Origin: the human T2T-CHM13v2.0 reference genome, Homo sapiens
Reading direction: 5' to 3' (one strand)
DNA length: 64,000 nt
Assembly (NCBI RefSeq): GCF_009914755.1
Contig: NC_060925.1
The notes below the pieces were generated by a model. The model saw nothing but the letters and a program-made list of their open reading frames with translations. It was not told where the DNA came from and searched no databases. Both the position numbers and the translations under genes were made by a program. Shown one piece after another: positions 43,730 through 58,009 of the stretch. Every line of letters starts with the position of its first letter. Position 1 is the first letter of the stretch.

Positions 43730-44450
43730 TTACCTTCCACTGCACACCCATTAGAACGGCTAAAATTAGGGAGATTGACAAAAACAAATATTGGTAAAGA
43801 TGTAGAACAACTAGAAATCTTAAACATTGCTCGTGGGAATTAAAATTTGTATAATCTCGTGGAAAGCAGTTTGTCAGTTTCTTACCTAGCTGAAAACACA
43901 GTCATCAGAAAACCAAATTATATTCCTAAGTATTTCTCCAAGAGAAATGAAAACATTCGGTTATATAGAGACTTAAACACAAATGTTTGTAGCAATTTTA
44001 TTCATAATAGTACCAAATGGAAACAACCTAAATGCCCACAACAGGTGAGTGGATAGACATTTGTGGTATATGCATAAAATAGAATACTGCATGACAATAA
44101 GAAGGATCAAATCACTGATGCAGGCGACAACATGGATATATCTCAAAAACAGGTTGAGTGCAAGAAGATAAAGCAAAGGAGTGCATATATTTAATTCCAT
44201 TATGTGAGACTCTAGAAAGGAAAAATCTATAGGAGTAGAAAGAAGTCCAGTTGGTTGCCTAGGGCTTCGGTTGGGGAAATTGACTGTGAAGGTCATAAGG
44301 AATCTGTCTGAGCTAATGGAATTGTTCCCTATCATGGCTGGCATGGTGGTTACATGACTATATACATTTGTTAAAGATTATTAAACTGTACTCCTGAAAT
44401 ATGTACATTTTATTATATGTAAATTATGCCTCAATACAGTTGATTAAAAC
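43730..44450 (+). mobile_element. L1M (MB/MC/ME-like) 3' end
   Basis: cacacccattagaacggctaaaatt...tggaaacaacctaaatgccca...tatgtaaattatgcctcaata. Confidence 0.85.
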
Positions 44451-47400
44451 AGTATAATTGTATAAATCTACAAAAAAAGTAGACAGACCAATAAAGTATG
44501 TAGTAATGGAAACAGAAGCTCCATGAATGCCCTTATGATGTAAGGTTTGATCTGTAAGATGTGGGATCTAGGAACGGAAGCCATTGATCAATAGATTGAG
44601 CTGCAAAGTAATAAACAAACTGTTGGCATATGTTGATTAATTCAATTAATTGGACATCCATACCAAAAACAAAATTCCCACTATGAATTCAGAGACTATC
44701 ATATATGCAGACCTGCCCTTGAGGCCTAAAGAACATTGGCTAACATCAGACAACAAGCACTGATAATCATTATTATCATATTGGTTATTATATTTGATAA
44801 TATATATATATACTTCTCTTGGTGAATAACATTAATATATCTCTATGTTTATATCAAATTTTCTATAGTCTTTTATTGGAAGACAATAATGTCAATACCA
44901 AATACAAACTGAGGAAGATTTTTCAATGGAGATAATATGCTTACATTTCACATGAATATGAACTATCTTGCCAAGTAAGATCTCACTGTACATCCCAGAA
45001 TGATTATTATATGGAAAAATTAGTCTTTAAAAAATTAAAAATGATAGACATCATAGAATGGAATATAAAAGCTAGAAGATAATTTGGATAAAATCACAGA
45101 TTGACCCCTATTGGTTCTGCTAAAATTTTTTCTGCAAAGAGACACATGTATGGTGAGTTCTAGGGGCAAGCCTCAAATAAGAATTATATATCAGACTCTG
45201 TCCAGATGGAGCCTCACCTGTTTGAGTGATGAAAAAGTGACATCTACATTTCAAATTTGAATCAGATACCCATATAAGAATAATTTTAAAATACCCTTTT
45301 ACACTATTCTTATATATCTTCAATGCTGAGTGGTATGGCACCAACGCGAGCAAGATACCAGCTTCTAGTTAGCTAACGAGTGCTGTTCTTTGGGTTCACT
45401 GTGGACCTCGCCATCTCTCAAGTTTCTTTGAGGTTCTAAGCCTTCTTATGACAAAATCAATCACAAAAAAGAGAAAAAAGAAAAAACCCAACATATTTTA
45501 CTTCCTGTGCACTTCTATCATATAGATTTCAGAAAAAACCGTTAGTGATGATGAATTTTCCTATTTATATAATTTCCTAATTATGCTTGAGAACCTGACA
45601 CACAGTTTTGAGAGTGGCTTCATGTTTGCTGCCCAGTTTAAACTAAAAATTGTCCAATTGCTAAACCAAACATACCCCAGGTTTGCCAAGAAAAATACTC
45701 TATTTTCCTATTTCCTGTGCTTCATCAGGGTACAAAACATAAAATAAGCCAAAATTCCTCCACAGTGGGCTTGCAATCTTAAAGAGACCATTATTTTCTA
45801 TGCAGAAAGTCAAATATTTTTTCCAGGACCAATTTTCTTGCTGACTACATTGAGAATTGAGAAATCAGTGAGAGTCTTCTTGGGAAGAATTGAATTGATA
45901 GGGGAATCTGGCTTGAGAAAACAGGAAGTGAGTTTCTATTGCTGTATATGGCCAGGAGAGAATGGGACTTCTAGACTACATTGTTGAAGGTGTGTGAATA
46001 ATTCCTGGAGACAGTGACTATTTCTTTTGGTGCTTATCTAAACCAAAGCAAAGTTAATCCGTTACTCTTCATTTAAGGACAAAGCTAGGCTAATTCGGAT
46101 GAATTTTTCTGCACTCTCTTTCTTTTCAAGGAAGAGGACATCAAGTTGGGAAAGACCAATGCAACACTTTTTAAAAGTCTTTTTGTGCAAACATATTTCA
46201 TCCATTAGGGTAATGTTTTCTTCAGGCTTGCCCAGGAATAAATCCCAACCTTCTCCCCTTAAGATCCGAAAGACACAGCTGATTTGTTTTCAGTTGGGGA
46301 AATGAAATGTTTAAATGGGAAACACATGTCCATTTGGTCTGGAGAGGACATGCTAGGAAGCTTCTTGTTTATGAGGCTCCCATTCAGGAATAATCTGACA
46401 GCCACAGAAAGACTAAACAAGCAACTAGCAATTAACTCCTAAATAATACCTCTTCCTGGGAAGATAGTGGATTTTAATTCTACGTAGGATACTCATTACC
46501 TAACATGAGGCTTAAAAGGCTCTTTATTTCAAAAAGGAGGAAATATTGTTAAAAAATCTCACTTAGTTGTTGCCCTTCTCTTTCTTGGAACACGAATCGT
46601 TTGCCCTAACTGCTGTACCCAAAAGCTCATGATCCCAGATTTCTGCCTGTCCTAAGTAGTGTTTCCCCGCAGGTATTTCTTCCTAGCATTTCTTCTACCT
46701 GAATATACTTTTCTAAATCCTAGATCCCAAGAAAAATCAGCTGAAACATTGGAGAAATGTGAAAAATATTATATTCTGAGAGAATTGAACTCAATAAACA
46801 ACATAGAAAACTTATTGAGTCAAATGAGTCTCAGAAAGTGATGCCACTTGGAGCAGAAGTTTAAGGTTCATGTTTTTGTTACCAGGACAGGAGCAGGTAA
46901 GAGTGAAGTGGTCACAGTGTAATCAGATTTGCTTGTAGATGCAAGCTTGTAGATGCTTGCAGTTTAACTATGTGCTCATGGCCTTGTATGCTGCTAATGG
47001 TGAATCATTCTTGTAAATAAAATTAATATTTTTATGTTTTATTGTATTAAATATTTTATACAAATTCTGTGAGTAGTGTTTCAAGAAATAATGGGTTTGG
47101 GAAGCAAAACAAGATCTTATATTGGTAATATTGATATGTGACTCTGTATACTCCCGTTATTTTGTTAGATAATCTGAATGTTACCTTATTTAAATAACAT
47201 TAATAATTTAAAGAAATAATTTTTAGATATCCATAATAATGAGTGAAGAGTGTAAAGAACGTTGGAAATAATTTAAGAATAACTTAGGACTTTTGAAATT
47301 CCTGAGAATTCCCAGAAATTCTCATCACTTGTTCCTTAAATCCCTAAGATTAACACCTTTCAGAATTTGGAATGCTAGTCCTATGTGAATTTAGGAAGAA

Positions 47401-48198
47401 ACTTCATTCTAGAATGGAATACGGGGGCCCTGACGTTAAGTGTCCAAGCAAAGAATGTTGAAAACATTTTGAACTTAGCAATTGGAAGAGTAGAAATAGA
47501 CCCTCCTTCAGAAACTTGACCACTATCTGGCCTTAAGCAAGTCACTTGGCCTCTTGAGACTCATCTACAATATGGACATACTCATACTTACTGGATTGTT
47601 GATAATACGAAATAAGGTTAGGAATTCTACCCCTTTATGTACTCTAGATAAATAAGGAGCATAAATTCAGGCAATAATCTCAAGTGATCTTTGCTAAATT
47701 TTCTGTGTCATGTATAAATTTGGGTAGGATAATAACTGGAGTTAATAATAAATGAATAAGTATTATTTATTACTTACTAAGAATTATTATTAAATACACA
47801 TTTTAAAGATATCCACAATAATGAATAAAGAGTGTCAAGATTGTTATTAGTACTTCAGGGCTGACTGGAAAATTGGTAGAAACAGCTTTGTGGCCAGGTC
47901 CAATTATGTGTTCTGTCCCTGGTAAGGAGTCTTTCTGTGTACAAAAAAGGATCAGGAAAGGGTGTGGTGAATGGCTGATGGACTTTGAGATCTTGAGGGG
48001 GGTGATTGGTGACTGCTGCCTCCAACTGGGCTGCAGATTCAGTAGCCTTTCTTTGTTCAATTTTGGAAAACCTTTTACCAGTCTAAAGAGAAAACACAAA
48101 GAAAAGATCAGCCAGAACAGAAAATCAAAGGTCAGGTGTGGCCCAAGAATGCCATCACATTTTTGAGGTCATTAGGACACCATAGTCATCCAGTTTTC

Positions 48199-48505
48199 CA
48201 CTGTTTCCAAATTTCCATTATTGAAGTACCATTTTATGCTTTCTACAACATCTGCATAACACCTGTATTCTTATTTACTTAGCATTTTTCTTTAATCTGG
48301 CCCATTTTTAAACTTAGCTTTATCCCAAACAGTAATAAACCTGAAATTATTGATTGATGTGCAAATTATATTTCTCTAAGGCACATTTACGTAACTATTA
48401 TATATATCATAACATATTGGTACACAACTATAACACTAAGCAAATGTCCGTCTGTGTACCATCAAAAATCATCTCATCAACCACTGAACCACACTTTGGG
48501 AAGAC
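48199..48505. mobile_element. MER113-like hAT-Charlie element
   Basis: cactgtttccaaattt...cacctgtattcttatttacttag...gtgtaccatcaaaaatcatctc...ccacactttgggaa. Confidence 0.65.
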
Positions 48506-48559
48506 TCAGAGGCCATTTTCACTGAGTTTAGTGACAAAGACTAAAGGAAAGTCATCTTA

Positions 48560-49112
48560 AGTGAATAAGGGAAGCAAACCTGGACAGTTACACAGGACCC
48601 TGCACTCAGAAAGGCCCCATGCCTGCTTTAATGCTGTATTAGTCTGTTCTTACATTGCTATAAAGAACTACCTGAGACTGGGTAATTTATAAAGAAAAGA
48701 GGTTTAATTGACTCAATTCTGTGGGCTGTACAGGCTTCTGCTTCTGGGGAGGCCTCAGGAAACTTAAAATCATTGTAGAAGGCGAAGAAGAAGCAGGTGT
48801 GGTCCTCACATGGCCAGAGCAGGAGAGAGACAGAGAGAGAGAGAGAAAAGGGAGGTGCTATACACTTTCAAATAACCAGATCTCATGACTTGAGAACAGC
48901 AAGGGGGAAGGTCATGACCATGATTTAATCACCTCCCACCAGGACCTTCCTAAAACACTGTGAATTACAATTTGACATGAAATTTGGTTGGGGACACAGA
49001 TACAAACAATATCAAATGCTCTACTGCCACTTGTTGAAATTCTCAATTATTGGTCAATAAAAGATCCCACTTTTTTTTTCACCAGGTTTTGCAAATTATA
49101 GAGCCAGTCCTG
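48560..49112. mobile_element. MER91A-like MITE split by an MSTA LTR
   Basis: The flanks rejoin as cacaggaccctgcactcagaaaggcccc...ttAATGCtctactg...gcaaattatagagccagtcctg. Confidence 0.7.
48635..49014 (-). mobile_element. MSTA-like solo LTR
   Basis: tgtattagtc...aatatca with a perfect 5-bp TSD AATGC (48630-48634, 49015-49019). Confidence 0.88.
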
Positions 49113-49642
49113 AAGAGGTAAAGGAATATAAAAGGTATGGCATAAGAACATGGCTCAGCTGTAATGCTGAAATTCATTTTACATTAACAGCTCCTTTATA
49201 GTGACTCATTAAATAGTCATTAGAAAAACTACCACCCGAAAGCTATACAACATATCCATGGGAGATAAAATGGAAATATTAGGTGTTTCTTATCTAATAT
49301 TACAGCTTATAGTCAGGTTGGGGAGATAACATTGATATTCATTAAGCAATTAGAAATTCTATAATTAAGAGCTATATTGTATGTTGTGGGTAATAATAAC
49401 AGTAGTTTAAGAGAGAAAGACACCTTCGAGGACAGGAGTAATGGAAGAAGATGTGAAAGGAAGGATTTGAGCCATTTGATGGCTCACATGTCTATTTTTA
49501 GAAATGTCTCTACTAAGCTTCTCATGTACAACCCTTCAGAGTCTAGTCCCAACCTCTCTCGCCAGCTTCATCTTTGACCAGTCTCTTCAAATACAGAACT
49601 GTGCCTAATATTTACAAAACTCAAGACAAGAGTGTCAATGGA

Positions 49643-52600
49643 ATAAGGATGATGCTGGCCTCATAAAATGAGTTAGGGAGGAGTCCCTCTTTTTCTATTG
49701 TTTGGAATAGTTTCAGAAGGAATAGTTCCAGCTCCTCTTTGTACCTCTGGTAGAATTTGGCTTTGAATCCGTCTGTTCCTGAGCTTTTTTTGATTGGTAG
49801 GCTATTAATTATTGCCTCAATTTCAGAACTTGTTATTGGCCTATTCAGAGATTCGGTTCTTTCCTGGTTTAGTCTTGGGAGGGTGTATGTGTCCAGGAAT
49901 TTATCCATTTCTTCTAGATTTTCTAGTTTATTTGCATAGGGGTGTTTATAGTATTCTCTGATGGTAGTTTGCATTTCTGTGGGATCAGTAGTGATATCCC
50001 CTTTATCATTTTTTATTGCATCTTTTTGATTCTTCTCTCTTTTTTTCTTTATTAGTCTGGCTAGCAGTCTATCTATTTTGTTAATCTTTTCAAAAAACCA
50101 GCTCCTGGATTTACTGATTTTTTTTGAAGGGTTTTTTGTGTCTCTATCTCCTTCAGTTCTGCTCTGATCTTAGTTATTTCTTGTCTTCTGCTAGCTTTTG
50201 AATTTGTTTGCCCTTGTTTCTCTAGCTCTTTTAATTTTGATGTTGGGGTGTCAATTTTAGATCTTTCCAGCTTTCTGATATGGGCATTTAGTGCTATAAA
50301 TTTCTCTCTAAACACTGCCTTAGCTGTGTCCCAGAGATTCTGATACGTTGTGTATTTTTTCTCATTGGTTTCAAAGGACTTATTTATTTCTGCCTTAATT
50401 TCATTATTTACCCAGTAGTCATTCAGGAGCAGGTTGTTCAGTTTCCATGTAGTTGTGCATTTCTGAGTGAGTTTCTTAATCCTAAATTCTAATTTGATTG
50501 CACCATGGTCTGAGAGACTGTTTGTTATGATTTCCATTCTTTTACATTTGCTCAGGAGTGTTTTACTTCCAATTATGTGGCCAGGTTTAGAATAAGTGCG
50601 ATGTAGTGCTGAGAAGAATGTATATTCTGTTTATTTGGGGTGGAGAGTTCTGTAGATATCTATTAGGTCAGCTTGGTCCAGAGCTGAGTTCAAGTCTTGA
50701 ATATCCTTGTTAATTTTCTGTCTTGTTGATCTGTGTAATATTGACAGTGGGTGTTAAAGTCTCCCACTATTATTGTGTGGGAGTCTAAGTCTCTTTGTAG
50801 GTCTCTAAGAACTTGCTTTATGAATCTGGGTGCTCCTGTATTGGGTGCATATAAATTTTGGATAGTTAGGTCTTCTTATTGCATTGATCCCTTTACCATT
50901 ATGTAAGGCCCTTCTTTGTCTTTTTTGAACTTTCTTGGTTTAAAGTCTGCTTTATCAGAGACTAGGACTGCAACCCCTGCTTTTTTTTGCTTTCCATTTT
51001 CTTCGTAAATATTCCTCCATCCCTTTATTTTGAGCCTATGTGTGTCTTTGCACATGAGATGGGTCTCCTGAATACAGCACACTGATGGGTCTTGACTCTT
51101 TATCCAATATGGCAGTTTGTGTCTTTTAATTGGGGCATTTAGCCTGTTTACATTTAAAGTTAATATTGTTTTGTGTGAATTTGATCCTGTCATTATGATG
51201 CTAGCTGGTTAGTTTGCAAAACGTGGCAGAGACACAACAACAACAACAAAAAATTCAGGCCAATATCCCTGATGAACATCGATGTGAAAATCCTCAATAA
51301 AATATTGGCAAACTGAATCCAGCAGCACATCAAAAAGCTTATCCAACACAATTAAGTCAGCTTCATCCCTGGGATGCAAGGCTGGCTCAACATATGCAAA
51401 TCAATAAACGTGGTCCATCACATAAACAGAACCAATGACAAAACCACATGATGATCTCAATAGATGCAGGACAGGCCTTCAATAAAATTCAACACCACTT
51501 CATGCTAAAAACTCTCAATAAACTAGGCATTGATGGAACATATCTCAAAATAATAAGAGCTATTTATGAAAAACCCACAGCTAATATCATACTGAATAGA
51601 CAATAGCTGGAAGCATTCCCTTTGAAAACTGGCACAAGAGAACGATGCTGTCTCTCACCACTCCTATTCAACATAGAATTGGAAGTTCTGGCCAGGGAAA
51701 TCAGGCAAGAGAAAGAAATAAAAGGTATTCAAATAGGAAGAGAGGGAGTCAAATTGTCTCTATTTGCAGATGGCATGATTGTATATTAAGAAAACCCCAT
51801 CATCTCAGCCCAAAAACTCCTTAAGCTGATAAGCAACTTCAGCAAAGTCTCAGGGTAAAAAATTAATGTGCAAAAATCACAAGGGTTCCTATACAACGAT
51901 AATAGACAAACAGCCAAATCATGAGTGAACTCCCATTCACAATTGCTACAAAGAGAATAAAATACCTAGGAATGCAACTTACAAGGGATGTGAAGGATTT
52001 CTTCAAGGAGAATTGCAGACCACTGCTCAAGGAAATAAGAGAAGACACAGACAAATGGAAGAACATTCCAGGCTCATGGATAGGAAGAATATCATGAAAA
52101 TACTGCCCAAAGTAATTTATAGATTCAATGCTATCCCCATCAAGCTACCATTGACTTTCTTTGCAGAATTAAAAAAAAAAACTACTTTAAATTTCATATG
52201 GAACCAAAAAAGAGCCCATACAGCCAAGAAAATCCTTAGCACAAACGACAAAGCTGGAGGCATTACACTACCTGACTTCAAACTATACTGCAAGGCTACA
52301 GTAATGAAAACAGCATGGTACTGGTACCAAAACAGTTATATAAACCAATGGAACAGAACAGAGGTCTCAGAAATAATGCCAAACATCTACAACCATCTGA
52401 TTTTTCACAACCCCGACAAAAACAAGCAATGGGGAAAAGATTCCCTATTTAATACATGATGTTGGGAAAACTAGCTAGCCATATACAGAAAACTGAAAAT
52501 GGACCTTTTCCTTACACCTTATACAAACTTTAACTCAAGATGAATTAAAGACTTAAATGTAAGACCTAAAACCATAAAAACCCTAGAAGAAAACCTAGGC

Positions 52601-53717
52601 AATATCATTCAGGACATAGGCATGGGCAAAGACTTCATGACTAAAACACCAAAAGCAATGGCAACAAAAGCCAAAATTGACAAATGGGATCTAATTAAAC
52701 TAAAGATGTTCTGCAAAACAAAAGAAATTATCATCGGAGTGAACAGGCAACCTACAGAATGAGAGAAAACTTTTACAATCTATCCATCTGACAAAGGGCT
52801 ATTATCCAAAATCTACAAAGAATTTAAACAAGTGTACAAGCAAAAAACAACCCCATCAAAAAGTGGGAGGATATGAACAGACACTTCTCAAAAGAAGACA
52901 TTTATGCAGCCAACAAACATGAAAAAAACCTAATCATCACTGGTCATCAGAGAAATGCAAATCGAAACCACAGTGAGATATCATCTCATGCCAGTTAGAA
53001 TGGCAATCATTAAAAAGTACAGATGCTGGAGAAGAGAAATACAAACCCTTGTTTTTTGTATTCGTGGAGAAATACGAACTCTTTTACACTGTTGGTGGGA
53101 GTGTAAATTATTTCAATCATTGTGGAAGACAGTGTGGCGATTCCTCAAGGTTCTGGAAACAGAAATATAATTTGACCCAGCAATCCCATTACTGGGTATA
53201 TACCCAAAGGATTATAAATCATTCTACTGTAAAGACACATGCACACGTATGTTTATTGTGGCACTGTTCACAATAGCAAAGACTTGGAACCAACCCAAAT
53301 CTCCCATCAATGTCAATGATAGACTGGATAAACAAAATGTGGCACATATACACCATGGAACACTATGCAGCCATAAAAAAGTATGAGTTCGTGTCCTTTG
53401 CAGGGACATGGATGAAGCTGAAAACCATCATTCTCAACAAACTAACACAGGAACAGAAAAACAAACACCGCATGTTCTCACTCGTAAGTGAGAGTTGAAC
53501 AATGAGAAACATGGACACAGGGTGGGGAACATCACACACTGGGGCCTTTTGGGGGTGGGGGGCTAGGGGAGGGATAGCATAAGGAGAAATACCTAATGTA
53601 GATGATGGGTTGATGGGTGCAGCAAACCACCACGGCACGTGTATACCTATGTAACAAACCTGCACATTCTGCACATGTACCCCGGGGAACTTAAAGTATA
53701 ATAAATAAATATAAAAA
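49643..53717. mobile_element. L1PA (about PA6-PA7) 4.1-kb 5'-inverted insertion: antisense 49643-51217, sense 51218-53717; disrupted ORF2
   Basis: ORF track shows ORF2 pieces on - (MTGSNSH..., ...[10 protein letters not shown]) and later ORF2 pieces on +; TSD AAGAGTGT(C/G)AATGGA at 49628-49642 and 53718-53732. Confidence 0.96.
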
Positions 53718-54149
53718 AAGAGTGTGAATGGAGTCTCACATACCATGTATTTTGATATTTAAAAGTTATAAAGCAAGGTAACACACAGGTAAATAAAACA
53801 CACCATACTATGCTATGTTGATTATCCTACATTTATAGCAATCTGAAAGGCTAGGTTTAACTTTAGAATTCCTGGACTCCTAGGAGCTCTACTCTGGGAA
53901 TTCTGGATCCCTGGAATTCAAGACAGTCCCTGGAAACCAAACTCTGGTCTGCAAAGGCAGAAGCGCTGGCTCTGGGTGAGCCAGTCCCCTTGCCAATGGA
54001 CTTCTTATTCTTACAAAGCACATGGCTGGAGGAGGGCTGAAACATGGCCCTCTAACACACAGGACCCAGGACAGATACTGCCAATATTTCCTATATTTTA
54101 CCCCTCTCCCAGTTTCTCCTTTTCCCTAAAAAGTGTCTTTTAGTATCTC

Positions 54150-54490
54150 TTCATCTTTGCATACATCACTCCCTCACTCCTCCTGACTTTCTTTTTTGTG
54201 TAGAACACCCATGCTGACTCTGTTTGAATAAGACCTTGTTCAAATGACATTTTATCTTTGAAGCTTTGCAAACTTTCTTAGGTAGAGATAGTTCATTTAT
54301 GCTTTGCAGTCCCTTGGCATTTTGTTTATGTCTCTTTGATGGTCTTTGTTACTCTGCATTGGAATCACTGTCTTTCTCCACTACACCATGAATGCTTTGT
54401 GCATGTTTGGTCTCTTGTACCAAAAGAGTGATTGGCGACACATAGTATTCCCTCTTATAAATATATTTACTGAGGGAATCAATGAATTAA
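54150..54490 (+). mobile_element. L2 3' fragment
   Basis: cacatagt...ataaatatatttactgagggaatcaatgaat tail. Confidence 0.55.
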
Positions 54491-55214
54491 ATATACTCTT
54501 GTGGCCCCAAATATGCCATGCTATGTAAAAGTTTATTTATCTTGAAGCATTACTTGTCTCTAAGAGTAGATGTAAGCATCTACATGACATTGTCCTAGTG
54601 GGAACTGGAAACAGTCCATCCAGATGTTTGGTATCATGTGGATAAATCTCCAGATGATTGACTGAATTTTTCAGTTTTCATCGGAATGATTGGCGTTGTG
54701 TATATACGGCCTTATGTTATCAGCCCTGCACTCGTGCCACAGTGGGTTCAAAAAGTTACTATTACAGACCCAAATGCTTAGTGAGCTGTTAATGGGACAC
54801 ACCATTCTTCGTCGTATGCTACTCATGTGAAAGCTGACAAGTTTAGTGCCAAAGGTGATTTCAGTCCATCAGTCCTCATTGTCATTATCAACTAGCATGT
54901 ATTAAGCATTCACATGTGCAAAGCACATTTTCAAATGAAAGACATCATGACAAACATTTGCTGATGAAAGGGTTTTTTTTTTTTTTTTTTTTTTAAAGCT
55001 GTGGAATCAACTTTCTGGCTGCCTACTATGCTATTTTATAAGAATTTGCCTAAAGAGAGTTCAAAGCATGTACTACATTTTGATGATTAAAATCTCACTC
55101 ATCATGGAAGTTCTGGTTCCCTCATTTCTCACTCATGCTTATGCCCTTGCCCTTTATCCCAAACTCTGTTTATTGGGTGTGCAGTTTGTTGTCACACTCT
55201 GCCACTTAGCTTAA

Positions 55215-55450
55215 GTAGCTGAGGTACAGCGGAAACACAGTACACTGAGAATCAGAAGTCTGATTTCTACCTTGCCTCTCTCATTTGTTGATTTGAGGAA
55301 AATTATTTCGCTTCTCAGACACTTGGTTTCCTGATTTGTAATCCTCAATACCTGCCTTATGGATTTGCTGTGAGGCTAAATAAAATAATGTATGAGAACG
55401 TGCTCGAAAACTCCCAAGTAATACAAAGATATTGTGGATTATTGTTATTT
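55215..55450 (+). mobile_element. MIR (similar fragments at about 47500-47620, 56620-56800, 60660-60840 and 62110-62290)
   Basis: cttggtttcctgatttgtaa...tacctgccttatggatttgctgtgagg core. Confidence 0.7.
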
Positions 55451-58009
55451 GACATTTGATTTGAGGTATTGCCTCTCTTCTAATACAATCTTAGATGGAG
55501 TCTAAGGAATTGTCCTTGGGGGGTCCAGATGTAACAACAAAATAGTAAAAAATAAATAAAAGCTAATAAGCAGTAATGATGATACTTGTGATGGACAGAA
55601 AACAAAGATAATCTTTTAAGCACTGATAGAAAATTTGAGGCCTGAAACTTTCCAGAGGTCTCCAAGGAGATTCCAGGACTCATGCAAATTCCAAGAGTCA
55701 ATGTGCTCCTTCTATTGCACTGCCCTCTCCCAGAGAGAGTGCTCCCTTAGGGTGTTATAAAGTGAGACCTAATTTTTCATGTGTTTTTATGTGGCTCTCA
55801 TGATGGAAGAGCTGGAGAGCATCAAAGATGTGGCTCAGGGTGGTGTGGGCAAGGGATTCTGTCCTGATGGGGGCCTATGGGGCCAAGTGTTGCTATCCCA
55901 TGTGGGGTTGTGATGAAAGGTAGCTAGCCAACAAATATGGAATTGTCCCTCTTTCTGGAAACAATGACACGGGCAAATGTGCCCTAGTGGCTTTTTTCTG
56001 AACAAATATATCTGGCCAACCGTTTCCCACAGCTCCTGGAGAAATTTAAGAACGTAGACATTTAAAAAGCCCCACTTAAAGGGGAAAATATAAGCACCCA
56101 TTATAGAATTGACAGAGTAAATTCAGAAAAGATATTCCTTAGATGAGAACTAGTCAAGAGAAAGGCCAGAATGTTAAAAAGGAGTTGTTTTAATTGCACA
56201 ACAATACCACATGGTGGCTCTGGAAAGAACTGCACTGAGTATAAAATGTCTAAAACCTGTTTTCTCCCCTGCAGGGCCTTTCTTCAAGACATTATGTGAA
56301 TTTCACGAAAACACGCACGGTTAAAAGTGGAACATTTGGTGAATATTAGGGATTTTAAAAAATGTTTCAAAGAAGTATTTTAAATGGTCATATTTTATGG
56401 AGCCTTCTCTGATGGTCCCCCAGGCAGATAGACATCTTACGATGCACAGGCAGCCCCACACAACACAGCACTCTGTGTTGCACGGTAATCAACGAGATTA
56501 CTTGTCTTTCTCATCCAAAAGGTAGTAACTTTCTTGAGGACGGAGTTGTGTGTTTCATGTCTGAAAGGCAGGCTATGTGGAAAGAGCCGGTGTTCCCGCA
56601 ATGGAGGTGTTTCTGCACTCACTCTTCCAGAGTTAACTATATGACCGTAAGAAAATTACTTACTTTTTATACTCATTTTCCTAATCTGCAAATGGTTAAA
56701 AATTATGACTTCTTCAAAGGGTCATTGCAAGGAAGGTAAGTTCATGGGTGAATAGTGCCTAGTACATAGCAGATAAATTATTATTTATTGTTGAATATTT
56801 AAATATAAGATGCAACTGAAAAACATCTGCTCGTGTTTTTCATTTTGAAAACTGTGGATCTTTTAAAAAGACTCAATGAAAAATAAGGATTAAAATAAAA
56901 TGATCTTTTTATACCGCCTTTGTTCTTTCTTTTAATCTTCTCTTTTACCATCTTTTCAGGAAGACACTCATTGGATTACGCTTTTATAATTTTCCTAGCC
57001 TGTCTCTAATATCTCCTACTATATGTAACAATATGCCCATAGCTTTGTGACTTGTAAGTATTCCCTCAGCCCACAAATTCACTAACATAATCTTTTCTTT
57101 CTCCATTTTACTGTCAAAATTCACATGTTTCTTGCACAGGTTCTCCTCACATTTCTTCACTGTGAAAACATTACAAACTTGCAAAGCTTGTTTATTACCC
57201 ATCACGATACAGGAACTAAACACACTCTTGAAGATCTCCCAGTGACTTTCTTATCGCCAAAATTCATGGATTTTATAATATTATTATCTTATTTTTTAAC
57301 ATTGGAAGGAGTAAAAGTTCTATGTTCTAGATCCAGAGCCACAGTTGATTAATTTTATAATATTAACTGAGTCCCCCTAAAACTCTCCGGACTTTAACTT
57401 CTAAATACATGTACTTTGCAACATTGTGAGAATAAAATGAGACAGACTCTATGAGAGGTCTTTGGAAATTGTGAATTTTTGTACTCATATTAGGAATTAT
57501 TGCTCTTAGTACTATTATCAAAGGCATAAAATTAAGTAGAAACAAATCCTGCTCTGGAAGACTCCACAGTCTACTGTTGAAGGAAGACCTATGCAAAATA
57601 ATTTTAAAGTAGTCAGGTGAGTTCCAAGAGAACCAGTATAAAACTTTTTTTGGAAAACCTGGAATGGAATGACTACGTTCGGGAGACAAGGAGTAGGCAT
57701 TTGATTGCTATCTGTGGAATTGATGAGAGAGTGATATTGATGTAGAGAAATCTTTGAGTAGAATCTGAAAGGTGAATTAGACCAATGTAAGGAAGATGAT
57801 TCCAAGTAAATATCCTGGTAGGATGCATGTGGTACAGTGAAAAGTAGCCAAGAGCTGTGTTGCTCAGGGAATGTATACCATTATTACATTGTGCTCATTT
57901 CCAAAAAATAAAGTTCCAGAATGGCAACAAAGACAATTGTGTATAGATACTTCTTTAGCCTCTCCCAAATTATGTTTCAGTGATAATTCACCTTTCTTCC
58001 AACTTCGTT

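Noticed and set aside
49621-53498. ORF2p-like peptides as an active L1
   Set aside because: Inverted, frameshifted, with no 5' UTR or ORF1.
54611-54660. Two CCAGATG E-boxes as a TWIST1-homeodomain composite motif
   Set aside because: No TAAT at a suitable spacing that I could see; E-boxes alone are too common.
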